DNA of 64,000 nucleotides from a virus (Duplodnaviria; Caudoviricetes): IMG/VR virus record IMGVR_UViG_3300025889_000070; one strand, 5' to 3'. Shown piece by piece: positions 42,959 to 52,685 of this stretch (position 1 is its first letter; each line of letters starts with the position of its first letter). The notes under the pieces were generated by a model. It saw only the letters and a program-made list of their open reading frames with translations, ran no database searches and was not told where the DNA came from. The position numbers and the translations under genes were made by a program.

Positions 42959-43158
42959 TAGGGCATTGCGGCCCTATGACGAGAAGTGGCTGAGAACCAC
43001 AAAACTAACGCACGATGCCAAGTAGGCGAGGGGCCGGGGCTCCTCGGTGAACCAAAACATGGTTGTATGCTCGAAAGGCATAACCTATTGGGAAGAACGA
43101 GAGACGACCTCTGGTGGAGCCATCAATAAACAACGGCGCGGAAGCCAAGTTGTCCCCT
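42959..43158 (+). ncRNA. candidate ~200-nt highly structured non-coding RNA
   Basis: GC-rich intergenic region with at least 6 hairpins, including an 8-bp CGAGGGGC/GCTCCTCG stem and a stem with a GAAA-containing loop. Confidence 0.6.
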
Positions 43159-43169
43159 AAATTTTTTGG

Positions 43170-43197
43170 TTGACACCACTTAAATCTGTGCTATCAT
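43170..43197 (+). promoter_or_regulatory. early promoter
   Basis: TTGACA-N16-TATCAT, preceded by TGC. Confidence 0.8.
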
Positions 43198-43226
43198 AAT
43201 TAAGTTACAACAAACAAGGAGATATC

Positions 43227-43403
43227 ATGAAAAGAAATAGTAAAGATCAAGAAGAATATGATAAGGCAATCCAAGAGTATCTCCAAAACGGTGGTAAGAT
43301 TACCGTGTGTGCTAGGGGCGATACTGGGTTAGAAGAAGGAGATACTAATCCCTGGAACCGTGCTAAAAAACCAGGCCGCCCAAAATCGGTTGACACCAAG
43401 TAG
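43227..43403 (+). CDS. small phage protein (YLQNGGKITVC family, 58 aa)
   Basis: AAGGAG SD; missed by the ORF track. Confidence 0.75.
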   Translation: MKRNSKDQEEYDKAIQEYLQNGGKITVCARGDTGLEEGDTNPWNRAKKPGRPKSVDTK

Positions 43404-43417
43404 ATTCATGTTAGTAT
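43390..43417 (+). promoter_or_regulatory. early promoter
   Basis: TTGACA-N16-TAGTAT with TG. Confidence 0.65.
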
Positions 43418-43422
43418 AAAGT

Positions 43423-44022
43423 ATGATAGAAAATAGCAAAAAACTAATACTCACCGATTGTGACGGCTGCTTGTTGAACTGGGAGTACGCCTTCAATATT
43501 TGGATGGAAGAGCACGGACACACCATGGTGCCCAACGGCAATTTCATCTATAACGTTGGCAAACGCTACGGCATTGAGAAATCAGAATCCAGTAAATTGG
43601 TGCGCTATTTTAATGAGAGTGCTACAATAGGCTTCCTGCCTGCTCTTCGAGATGCTGAGCACTATGTAAGGCTTCTGGGTAACCTAGGGTACCGTTTTCA
43701 TGTTATTACAAGTTTAAGCAAGGATCCTAACGCACAACGGTTGCGGACTAGGAACCTTGAAAAACTTTTTGGACCAGTGTTTGAAAAGTTTATTTACTTG
43801 GATACTGGTGAAGATAAAGACGCTGTACTAGCAGAGTACAAGGACAGTGGCCTGCTGTGGATTGAAGATAAACCTGATAATGCTGAAGTTGGTCTAAAAA
43901 TGGGATTGCGTAGCGTAATAATGGAACACGCCTTCAATTTACATTATGAAGGCGTGGCACCATTTGTTAAGAATTGGGCTGATGTTTATAGTTTGGTTAC
44001 TACAACAACAGTATCTGCTTGA
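43423..44022 (+). CDS. HAD-family 5'(3')-deoxyribonucleotidase-like protein
   Basis: LTDCDGCLLNW, VITS, WIEDKPDN. Confidence 0.8.
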   Translation: MIENSKKLILTDCDGCLLNWEYAFNIWMEEHGHTMVPNGNFIYNVGKRYGIEKSESSKLVRYFNESATIGFLPALRDAEHYVRLLGNLGYRFHVITSLSKDPNAQRLRTRNLEKLFGPVFEKFIYLDTGEDKDAVLAEYKDSGLLWIEDKPDNAEVGLKMGLRSVIMEHAFNLHYEGVAPFVKNWADVYSLVTTTTVSA

Positions 44023-44025
44023 ATT

Positions 44026-44661
44026 TTATGAAAAATTATCAGTTTTATATGGATCTCCGCAAGGCATATCATTAAACCCATTTATCACTTTGTCTTTCTC
44101 AAATGCAATTTCCCACTCGCAAAAACTTGTAGTAATCTCTTGAGCAATGTTTCTGCTTGTTACTTCAATACCAGGTGTTTCTCCCGAAAACTCATTGGTT
44201 GGCACGTCTGTAAATTTAAATTTTAAATCACGGGTATTAAAGTTTCTGATATTTGTCCAATCAGTGATGTTAGATTCAGGATGTTCTGCGTCTATAATCC
44301 AGAGGGGATCAGGTTCAGGATTAGGATTTTTAGACCATTCCTTCCAAGCAGCCTTTACATAGTGTCCAGTCACTGGATCTTGGTAAGCATAACCTACTCT
44401 ATGTAAGTAAATGTTCCTGTCATTATCAGCATCTAGGTAAAAATCGTTAACAAGTTCTACTCTAATAGTATGCCAAGCATCTGCTGCTGGAATTTTATCG
44501 CTAGTAACATCATATACAAAAAGATCTGGATTTTCTGGATCAACACTGGTAAGGTCTACATTATCAGCAACTGTTGCTCCATTAAATACAAATTTTACTT
44601 TAGCATTTTGATCTCCAGCTTGTTGCTGGTGAAGTTCAAAGACAATTTTATAGTTAGCCAT
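44026..44661 (-). CDS. Protein with CBM60-like Ca-dependent carbohydrate-binding motif
   Basis: ELVNDFYLDADNDRNIYL resembles NDx6DRNL; ATAAATA at 44693-44699 (minus). Confidence 0.5.
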   Translation of the reverse strand: MANYKIVFELHQQQAGDQNAKVKFVFNGATVADNVDLTSVDPENPDLFVYDVTSDKIPAADAWHTIRVELVNDFYLDADNDRNIYLHRVGYAYQDPVTGHYVKAAWKEWSKNPNPEPDPLWIIDAEHPESNITDWTNIRNFNTRDLKFKFTDVPTNEFSGETPGIEVTSRNIAQEITTSFCEWEIAFEKDKVINGFNDMPCGDPYKTDNFS

Positions 44662-44691
44662 GTTTTGGGCTCCTCAAAACTAGTTTATATG

Positions 44692-45411
44692 TTATTTATC
44701 GCCATATATAGAAAGTATTTCACTTACAACTGGGTGTCTTTCTATATCTGTGTAATTAAATTTCACAAACTGAATATACTGACTATTAGCATAACAGTTA
44801 AACAAATTTCTAAAATCTATTAGTCCATTTTGCGCTTCTTTACGATCAGTTTGTTGAATATCACCGGTTACCGCCATGCGACTGCCTTCTCCTATACGGG
44901 TTAGCAACATTTTCATCTGATTAGGTGTAGCATTTTGCATTTCATCTGCAATAATAAATGAATTTTTAAAGGTACGACCTCGCATGAAAGCAAGTGGAGA
45001 TATTTCGATAACCATTTCATCAATCATCTCCTTGATTTGTTTGGGGGAATAATATTCTTGAATAACATCAAATATAGGACGAGTCCAGGGTTCCATTTTC
45101 CGATTTAAGTCTCCGGGTAAAAAACCATGTCGTTCATCATCTACACCCACTGCTGGTCTTGTAATGACTATACGTTCTACACTGCGCTCTTTGAGTTCTT
45201 TAAGGGCTGCCAATACAGCAAGCATTGTTTTACCAGTACCCGCAGGACCTACACCAAATACGATAACGTTATTTGGATGTAATAGTTTTGTTATGTAGTT
45301 TTCCTGATTTAAATTTCTGGGTATGAGTAGCACTTTGGTTTTGCGCTGAATGTATTCGTTAATGTTAACAATGTTTGTGTCCTTAGACTTGTGTTTTGTC
45401 CGTCGGCTCAT
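44692..45411 (-). CDS. phoH: PhoH-like ATPase
   Basis: GPAGTGKT, RPAV, GFLPGD, PLAFMRGRTF, ADEMQN, TRIG, GDIQQ. Confidence 0.95.
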   Translation of the reverse strand: MSRRTKHKSKDTNIVNINEYIQRKTKVLLIPRNLNQENYITKLLHPNNVIVFGVGPAGTGKTMLAVLAALKELKERSVERIVITRPAVGVDDERHGFLPGDLNRKMEPWTRPIFDVIQEYYSPKQIKEMIDEMVIEISPLAFMRGRTFKNSFIIADEMQNATPNQMKMLLTRIGEGSRMAVTGDIQQTDRKEAQNGLIDFRNLFNCYANSQYIQFVKFNYTDIERHPVVSEILSIYGDK

Positions 45412-45520
45412 TAATTAGTCCTCCTGTTAAAAAATGAGGACAGATGCTAAATTTTTGAGTTGAGAGCATATGCCCCCCTTTCAAAAATATTTAACAATGT
45501 TAATCTAGAGTTATAGTATA

Positions 45521-46297
45521 CTATTTGAACTTTTCATGAGCAAATTTGTATAAAAACTTATTTACAAAATCTGTGTGGGCGCTTTCACAAGGGTGTGTAG
45601 TGTAAAACGGATAACCACCATCTGCTGCCCATTTGAAAAAACCAGGAAAGTGATAAAAATTACTCTGGTCCAGGCTGTCAAATAGATTTTGAATACTAGC
45701 GTCCCAGGGCACATTTTTATTAAAAATACACTCATCTACGTAGGTAAAAATATATTTTTTGTTGCGCTGTTTTAACCAATCCTGTAAATAAACTATTTCT
45801 TTAAGAGTGCTGTATGTTTCCCAGTATTTGCTGTTGCCTACATGCTTATAATATACTTCACTGAAGTCTGCTAGTCCTGTGCTTTGCGCTATTAGTTGAC
45901 TTTTCTTGTAATGATTAAAGATATCATCTTTAAAATTTTGAAAGGCTTCTAGTATGACACTTTGATTTCGTTCGTGTGTCCAGGGACTAATACTATACCA
46001 GGGACTGTCTCGTTCCAGTGTATCATAGTTAAACCTAAACTCAAACCGTGTGGGGAAACTCCACATAACCACTACTACATGTTCTATTTTGCGCTGGTCT
46101 AGAGAACTAACAGTGTTAATAATGTTCCTAGCAATAGCAGGATTACTCCAACCTCCCTGAGCCACGCAAATATATTTCATTTCTAGTTTATGTGCTAGAA
46201 ATGCGCTCCAGGTCAGTTCACTAGGGGTCTGAGGCGTACAATCAGCAAGCTCATTACCGTAGGTAAAACTGTCGCCGCCTGCTACAAGTATTGTCAT
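45521..46297 (-). CDS. SGNH-like hypothetical protein
   Basis: GGDSFTYG, GWSN..IAR, HP...AH. Confidence 0.6.
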   Translation of the reverse strand: MTILVAGGDSFTYGNELADCTPQTPSELTWSAFLAHKLEMKYICVAQGGWSNPAIARNIINTVSSLDQRKIEHVVVVMWSFPTRFEFRFNYDTLERDSPWYSISPWTHERNQSVILEAFQNFKDDIFNHYKKSQLIAQSTGLADFSEVYYKHVGNSKYWETYSTLKEIVYLQDWLKQRNKKYIFTYVDECIFNKNVPWDASIQNLFDSLDQSNFYHFPGFFKWAADGGYPFYTTHPCESAHTDFVNKFLYKFAHEKFK

Positions 46298-46371
46298 GCT
46301 GAATATTTATGTATGTGCCAGAGGCTGTAAAATAAAACACTAAATATATTAAACCCGGAAAGAACAATATT

Positions 46372-48321
46372 ATGCCTACATCAATTTCTAACTTATTTAA
46401 GAAAAACTATGATAGTAGAGTTAGCAAAACCTATACCATAGACGAATATCTAGATTTATGTAAAAAAGATCGCCTAGCATATGCTACCGCAGCAGAACGT
46501 ATGTTAGCTGCTATTGGGGAACCAGTTTTACTTGACACCAGTAAAGATCCCAGACTAAGTCGTATTTTTTATAACAGAACAGTTAGGGTATATGAAAATT
46601 TTCGCGAATTCTATGGCATGGAAGATGTGGTAGAACGCATTGTGGGTTATTTCCGTCATGCTGCTCAAGGCCTTGAAGAGCGCAAGCAGATACTTTACCT
46701 ACTAGGACCAGTGGGTGGTGGTAAGAGTAGCCTGGCTGAAAAGCTAAAAGAACTCATGGAAAAATTACCCATCTATGTACTAGCAACAGAAGATGGCGAG
46801 ATTAGTCCAGTATTTGAAAGTCCACTAGGACTATTTGCCAATGAAAATTACTATGACGTTATGCTGGACAAATATGGTATCGAATCCAGATATCTAACCA
46901 GTATCATTAGCCCATGGGCCATAAAGAGATTACGAGAATACGAAGGTGACATTGGACGTTTCCGTGTTACCAGTATTATACCCAGCAAACTGGAACAGAT
47001 TGCTGTAATGAAAACAGAGCCCGGTGACGAGAACAATCAGGATATTAGCACACTGGTAGGCAAGGTAGATATTCGTAAACTAGAACACTTTAGTCAGAAT
47101 GACACAGACGCCTACAGTTATAGTGGTGGGTTATGCCGTGCTAACCAAGGCATGCTAGAGTTCGTTGAAATGTTTAAGGCGCCTATTAAAGTTCTACACC
47201 CACTGCTAACTGCCACACAGGAAGGCAACTATGTGGGCACAGAGGCTATTAGTGCCATCCCTTTCCAGGGTATCATACTGGCACACAGCAACGAATCAGA
47301 GTGGCAGACATTTAAAAACAACAAAAACAATGAAGCATTCTTGGATCGTATTAGTATTGTTAAAGTTCCTTACTGCTTGAGGGTAGACGAGGAAAAAAGT
47401 ATATATGAAAAAATGATCCATGCTAGCGGATTACACAACGCAGCCTGCGCTCCACAAACAGTGGAAATGTTAGCGCAGTTCAGCGTACTAACCAGGCTCA
47501 AAGATCATGATAATAGCACACTGTTTAGCAAGCTAAGAGTTTATAACGGCGAGAACATCAGAGAGCAGGATCCCAAGGCCAAAACTATTCAGGAGTACAG
47601 GGATGTGGCTGGTGTTGACGAGGGCATGGAAGGCATCAGCACACGGTTTGCTTATAAAATACTAAGTCAGACGTTTAACTTTACCCCCGAAGAAATAGCT
47701 GCTGATCCTGTTCATATGATGTTTGTGTTAGAAAATGCTATTAAACGCGAGCAGTTTGGACAGGAACGAGAAGAACGTTATCTAGATTTTATTAAAAGTG
47801 AACTAGCTAACAGATACGCTGAATTTTTAGGTAATGAGATACAAAAAGCATATCTAGAAAGTTACAAGGAATACGGCCAAAACTTATTTGATCGTTATGT
47901 AGAATATGCTGATGCATGGATTCAAGATCAGGAGTTTAAAGATCCTGATACTGGATTATTAATGGACAGATCACAACTCAATGACGAACTAGAAAAAATT
48001 GAAAAACCTGCTGGTATTGCCAACCCCAAAGACTTTAGGAATGAGATTGTAAATTTCTGTTTACGGGCTCGAGCCAATCCTGAAAATGGTGGTAATAATC
48101 CAGTTTGGACAAGTTATGCTGTACTAAGAGACGTTATTGAAAAGAAAATGTTTAGTCAAGTGGAAGACTTACTCCCTGTAATAAGTTTTGAAGGAAAAAA
48201 AGATAAAGATCTCGAGAAAAAACACAATGACTTTATGGACCGCATGGAAGAACGTGGGTATACTCCCAGACAAATCCGTAGGTTAGTAGAATGGTATATG
48301 CGTATCCGAAAGTCTAACTAG
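46372..48321 (+). CDS. yeaG: PrkA/YeaG AAA+ serine protein kinase
   Basis: GPVGGGKSS, GDENNQDIS, RANQG..EFVEMFK; 649 aa. Confidence 0.95.
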   Translation: MPTSISNLFKKNYDSRVSKTYTIDEYLDLCKKDRLAYATAAERMLAAIGEPVLLDTSKDPRLSRIFYNRTVRVYENFREFYGMEDVVERIVGYFRHAAQGLEERKQILYLLGPVGGGKSSLAEKLKELMEKLPIYVLATEDGEISPVFESPLGLFANENYYDVMLDKYGIESRYLTSIISPWAIKRLREYEGDIGRFRVTSIIPSKLEQIAVMKTEPGDENNQDISTLVGKVDIRKLEHFSQNDTDAYSYSGGLCRANQGMLEFVEMFKAPIKVLHPLLTATQEGNYVGTEAISAIPFQGIILAHSNESEWQTFKNNKNNEAFLDRISIVKVPYCLRVDEEKSIYEKMIHASGLHNAACAPQTVEMLAQFSVLTRLKDHDNSTLFSKLRVYNGENIREQDPKAKTIQEYRDVAGVDEGMEGISTRFAYKILSQTFNFTPEEIAADPVHMMFVLENAIKREQFGQEREERYLDFIKSELANRYAEFLGNEIQKAYLESYKEYGQNLFDRYVEYADAWIQDQEFKDPDTGLLMDRSQLNDELEKIEKPAGIANPKDFRNEIVNFCLRARANPENGGNNPVWTSYAVLRDVIEKKMFSQVEDLLPVISFEGKKDKDLEKKHNDFMDRMEERGYTPRQIRRLVEWYMRIRKSN

Positions 48322-48330
48322 GTAGATACC

Positions 48331-49599
48331 ATGTCTAATATTATAGACAGACGCCTCAATCCTAGAGATAAGACCATTAAAAACAGACAAAAGTTTGTAC
48401 AGCGCAGCCGCGAACAAATAAAGCGAGCCGTAAAGGAAAGTATTGATACTGGTAACATTGCTGACATCGAAAATGACAAGGCAAGAATAAGAGTTGGCGG
48501 TATTAATGAACCAAGATTTACCATTGATCCAAAAACTGGGGATAAAAAATATGTATTACCAGGGAACAAAGAACATGTGGTGGGTGATAGACAGGATAAG
48601 CCTAACGAGGAGTCTGGTGGCGGGGGTAAAGATGGCGGACTGGGTAGAGGCGAAGACGATTTTGAATTTGTCTTAAACAAAGATGAATACCTTGATTTTA
48701 TTTTTCAGGACATGGAATTACCAGATCTAGTAAAAAAGAAAATCAAAGATGTTGTAAAGTTTAAACTACGCAGAGCAGGTTACACTAACCAGGGTTCCCC
48801 TAATCAATTAGATGTTATAAGAAGTTTAAAAAACAGTATAGGCAGACGAATAGGATTGCGTAGACCTAAGAATCAAGAAATAGATGAATTAGAAAAAGAA
48901 CTAACTACATGTAATGATCAGGATCGTAAACAAGAAATATTAGAGCTACTAACCTATCTAAGAAAGCGGCAAATAACAGTTCCCTGGTTAGATCCTGTTG
49001 ATGTAAGATACCGTGCTTTTGTCAATCATCCAGAACCTACAACAAAAGCAGTAATGTTCTGTTTGATGGATGTTAGTGCCAGCATGGGACAACGTGAAAA
49101 AGATTTGGCAAAACGTTTCTTTTTCCTACTACATATGTTTTTAATTCGCAAATATGAAAAGGTTGATATTATCTTTATTAGGCATCACGAAGAAGCCAAG
49201 GAAGTCGACGAAGAAGAATTTTTTACAAGCAGAGAAAGCGGAGGAACAGTTGTAAGCAGTGCCTTATGTTTAGCAAAGGAAATAATTAAAAAACGTTACA
49301 ATTTAGATGAGTGGAATATTTATGTAAGTCAAGCCAGTGATGGTGATAATTATAGCAATGATCAAGAAGCCTGTACTAATGAAATGAAATACCTACTGCC
49401 ACTTGTTCAATATTTTGCTTATATAGAAATAGGCGGAGGATATGATTATCTGGGGGTGATGCAAAATCATACACTAAGTCAGTTATGGTTTAACTATAAA
49501 GCATTAACTAAAGAATTTCCACACCTACGTATGAAAGAAATAGAAGAAGTTCCTGATATCTGGAAAGTGTTCAAAGAACTTTTCGGAAAGGAAGAATAA
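48331..49599 (+). CDS. yeaH: YeaH/YhbH (DUF444) vWA-containing protein
   Basis: IIDRR, MDVSASM (MIDAS), SGGTVVSS, SDGDN. Confidence 0.93.
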   Translation: MSNIIDRRLNPRDKTIKNRQKFVQRSREQIKRAVKESIDTGNIADIENDKARIRVGGINEPRFTIDPKTGDKKYVLPGNKEHVVGDRQDKPNEESGGGGKDGGLGRGEDDFEFVLNKDEYLDFIFQDMELPDLVKKKIKDVVKFKLRRAGYTNQGSPNQLDVIRSLKNSIGRRIGLRRPKNQEIDELEKELTTCNDQDRKQEILELLTYLRKRQITVPWLDPVDVRYRAFVNHPEPTTKAVMFCLMDVSASMGQREKDLAKRFFFLLHMFLIRKYEKVDIIFIRHHEEAKEVDEEEFFTSRESGGTVVSSALCLAKEIIKKRYNLDEWNIYVSQASDGDNYSNDQEACTNEMKYLLPLVQYFAYIEIGGGYDYLGVMQNHTLSQLWFNYKALTKEFPHLRMKEIEEVPDIWKVFKELFGKEE

Positions 49600-51053
49600 T
49601 GACAAAACTTCTTTACACAGACAATGAATGGACTTTTGACAAAATACACAGAGCTGACGATGCTATTAGAGAAATTGCAGAACAAGAATTGCGTCTAGAC
49701 ACTTATCCTAATCAAATTGAAATTATTGGCAGTGATCAGATGCTGGATGCCTATAGCAGTCATGGGCTACCACTGATGTATAATCACTGGAGTTTTGGTA
49801 AACATTTTCTAAGTCAAGCATATAATTATAGAAAAGGGTATACTGGCCTGGCGTATGAAATTGTAATAAACAGCAATCCTTGTATTAGCTATCTCATGGA
49901 AGAAAATTCAATGACCATGCAGACACTTGTTATTGCTCATGCTGCCTATGGACACAATCACTTTTTCAAAAATAATTATCTGTTTCGTCAATGGACAGAC
50001 GCAGAAGGAATTATAGATTACCTAAACTTTGCTAAAAACTACATAAAGAAGTGCGAGGAAAAACACGGCACACAACTAGTAGAAGAAACACTGGATGCTT
50101 GTCATGCTATTATGGATTATGGTATTGACAAATATCAGAGACCTACAAAACTCAACAAGCAAAAAGAACTAGAGCAACAGATTGCTAGAGAAGAATATGT
50201 ACAACAACAAGCAAACCAGTTATGGTCAACTTTGCCTAAACGTAAAAGGAAAGTTGTAGAAGTTAAGGATGATAAGTTTCCTCAAGATCCGCAGGAAAAT
50301 ATCCTATACTTCTTAGAAAAAAACTCACCTAGTTTAAAGAGTTGGCAAAGAGAGATTATAAGAATTGTTCGCAAAATAAGCCAGTACTTCTACCCACAGC
50401 GGCAAACCAAACTAATGAACGAGGGCTGGGCTAGTTTTACACACTATTATATCATGAACCGGTTGTGGGAAAAGGGTTTAATAACTGATGGCAACTATAT
50501 CGAGTTTATACACAGCCACAGCGGTGTACTAAGGCAACTGGATCATGATCACAAATACTACAATGGTTTTAATCCCTATGCACTGGGCTTTGATATGTTT
50601 ACAGACATACGAAGAATATGTAGTGAACCCACAGCAGAAGACTGTGAATATTTTCCTCACTTAGCAAACACTGAATGGCTACCTGCTTGTTTGGATGCCG
50701 TTAAAAATTATCGTGACGAGAGTTTTATTACACAGTTTTTGAGTCCAGCCATCATGCGTAAATGGCGCTTGTTTGAAATAGATGACCAACAGAGCAACAA
50801 CTACTACGAGGTAAGTGGTATTCAGGATAGTCGCGGCTATGCCAGGATCAAAGAGTCACTAAGCCATCAGTATAGCGTAAGCAAATTTCAGCCTGACATC
50901 CAGGTTGTAGATGCTAACCTTAAGGGTGATAGAACATTAGTCCTAGAGTATACAAAATATAACCAGAGAGAACTTGACAAAAACAAGGATAAGGTATTAG
51001 AATATATAAAATACCTTTGGGGGTATAGTGTAGACCTAAGGACAGCTATTTAA
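49599..51053 (+). CDS. ycgB: SpoVR/YcgB family protein
   Basis: YNHWSFGK, AYEIVIN, HAAYGHNHFFK, TKLMNEGWASF. Confidence 0.93.
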   Translation: MTKLLYTDNEWTFDKIHRADDAIREIAEQELRLDTYPNQIEIIGSDQMLDAYSSHGLPLMYNHWSFGKHFLSQAYNYRKGYTGLAYEIVINSNPCISYLMEENSMTMQTLVIAHAAYGHNHFFKNNYLFRQWTDAEGIIDYLNFAKNYIKKCEEKHGTQLVEETLDACHAIMDYGIDKYQRPTKLNKQKELEQQIAREEYVQQQANQLWSTLPKRKRKVVEVKDDKFPQDPQENILYFLEKNSPSLKSWQREIIRIVRKISQYFYPQRQTKLMNEGWASFTHYYIMNRLWEKGLITDGNYIEFIHSHSGVLRQLDHDHKYYNGFNPYALGFDMFTDIRRICSEPTAEDCEYFPHLANTEWLPACLDAVKNYRDESFITQFLSPAIMRKWRLFEIDDQQSNNYYEVSGIQDSRGYARIKESLSHQYSVSKFQPDIQVVDANLKGDRTLVLEYTKYNQRELDKNKDKVLEYIKYLWGYSVDLRTAI

Positions 51054-52009
51054 TGAATAATTATTTGGTATTGACCCCTGACGGTATGGGTAGTACATAC
51101 TTACAGCGTTTACTTACAACATATCTTAACTTAGCAGGTTATGATTACACTAATACCCATGAGTTACTAAATGGTTTAGAATTAGTTGATGCCGGTCTTA
51201 AAAAAAATTTTAGTTTTGCATATACCCAATCAGTTGAAGAGATAGTAAATTTATTAAAAGCAAATACATCAAATATTGTTAGTAGAGTGGCAGACTACCA
51301 TATTAGGCGTAGACAACAAGAGCGATCCGAAGACTATGTAAGTTTCTATAAACAGTGTAATGAAGTCTTTCCAGTTCAGATCATGTGTATGCGTGATCCT
51401 TTTGAGTATTCTCTTAGTTGGGGAATACGAAACATTACTGGAAAGCAAAATGTTTATAGCATAAGAGAGCGCATTGATACCCACCCAGAGAACATTAACT
51501 ACACTGTAGACCGCCATTTTTTTACACAGAAGTTGAAAAATTATAGTGATTATACATATTGGTGCAAAGACAATTTTAATATTACTAATATTGTAAACTA
51601 CAATAACTTACAGTCTAAGGCAGATGAGGTCTTAAGGAATATTACGGGATTAGACTGTAATTTCAGTGAACTAGCAGGTATCAGTATAGAAGATTATAAC
51701 AAAGTTTTTTATAACGCTAGCTTGTCCTTTCAAACAGGAAATAAAGATCTAATACCAGATAAAAATTTAATAATGAAAGTTTTAAAATTACGTTCCTACC
51801 AAAATAAATTAATTAACGCTCGGCGATTAATAAGTGTCATTCCACATAAAATGAATACACTAGCCGATAAAAGTAAAAAAGTACAAAATTTTAATACGCT
51901 TATAGAAGTATATAATAATTGGGCTGAAAACAGGAACGACGTTGAGACTATTAGTCTGGAACAAATAAAAAAACAAATACATACGGAAAACCAAATTTAT
52001 GAATCTTAA
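51053..52009 (+). CDS. sulfotransferase-like P-loop protein
   Basis: LTPDGMGSTYL...RDPF...SW. Confidence 0.5.
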   Translation: MNNYLVLTPDGMGSTYLQRLLTTYLNLAGYDYTNTHELLNGLELVDAGLKKNFSFAYTQSVEEIVNLLKANTSNIVSRVADYHIRRRQQERSEDYVSFYKQCNEVFPVQIMCMRDPFEYSLSWGIRNITGKQNVYSIRERIDTHPENINYTVDRHFFTQKLKNYSDYTYWCKDNFNITNIVNYNNLQSKADEVLRNITGLDCNFSELAGISIEDYNKVFYNASLSFQTGNKDLIPDKNLIMKVLKLRSYQNKLINARRLISVIPHKMNTLADKSKKVQNFNTLIEVYNNWAENRNDVETISLEQIKKQIHTENQIYES

Positions 52010-52685
52010 AATTTTAAATGAAGTAGAACATATGTTACAAACAAGCCCACAGGCTGTTCGCAATCAGTCTAAACTTAAACAACTTGTACGTGGCATATTT
52101 GACGTTGAGTTAGGTAGTACTATGTTTACATCAGTATATGATCTCACAGAAGAAATTGACAGACTAGTATTACACAAGTACTTTGGCGAAGTTTGGCAAC
52201 CCGAAACTAAAAAGTTCAAGTACAGCGGGCTCAAAGTCATTGAAGAAGTTAATGCGCTAAACCCTAGAGCAGTACTAGATATTGGCTGCGGCTATAATGA
52301 GTTTAAAGGTAAGATTCCCAATCTCATAGGCATTGATCCATATAATACTAATGCTGACTTTCAAGTTGATTTGCTAAGTTATCATACAGAAGTAAAATTT
52401 GATGTTGTCATTGCGCTAGGTAGTATTAACTTTGGCAGCACAGATAAAATTTTTGCTGAACTTGAAAAAGCAGTAAGTCTTTGTGGGCCAGGCGCATTAA
52501 TGTTTTTCCGTGTAAATCCTGGTCATCAACATGACAAACCAGAAGCACGTTGGATTACATTCTATCCCTGGAATTCAAACTTCATTATTAATTGTGCTGA
52601 TCATTTTAATGTAGATGTGCTAGACCTACGTAACGATTCAAATAAACGAATGTACTTTGTTTGGCGTACAAAAAATGTTAATTAA
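51999..52685 (+). CDS. class I SAM-dependent methyltransferase
   Basis: VLDIGCG, GIDP, FDVVIALGS. Confidence 0.75.
   Translation: MNLKILNEVEHMLQTSPQAVRNQSKLKQLVRGIFDVELGSTMFTSVYDLTEEIDRLVLHKYFGEVWQPETKKFKYSGLKVIEEVNALNPRAVLDIGCGYNEFKGKIPNLIGIDPYNTNADFQVDLLSYHTEVKFDVVIALGSINFGSTDKIFAELEKAVSLCGPGALMFFRVNPGHQHDKPEARWITFYPWNSNFIINCADHFNVDVLDLRNDSNKRMYFVWRTKNVN

Noticed and set aside
42900-43158. tmRNA, RNase P RNA, or group II intron domain V
   Set aside because: No tRNA-like T arm or CCA end and no tag ORF; the GAGGAAAAGTC resemblance lies inside a CDS and lacks the rest of P4; the GAAA stem lacks the AGC/CGC triad and has its bulge on the 5' side.
45420-45500. Hairpin in the phoH 5' leader as a novel RNA
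   Set aside because: A single imperfect stem, which is ordinary for a late-gene leader; not enough evidence.
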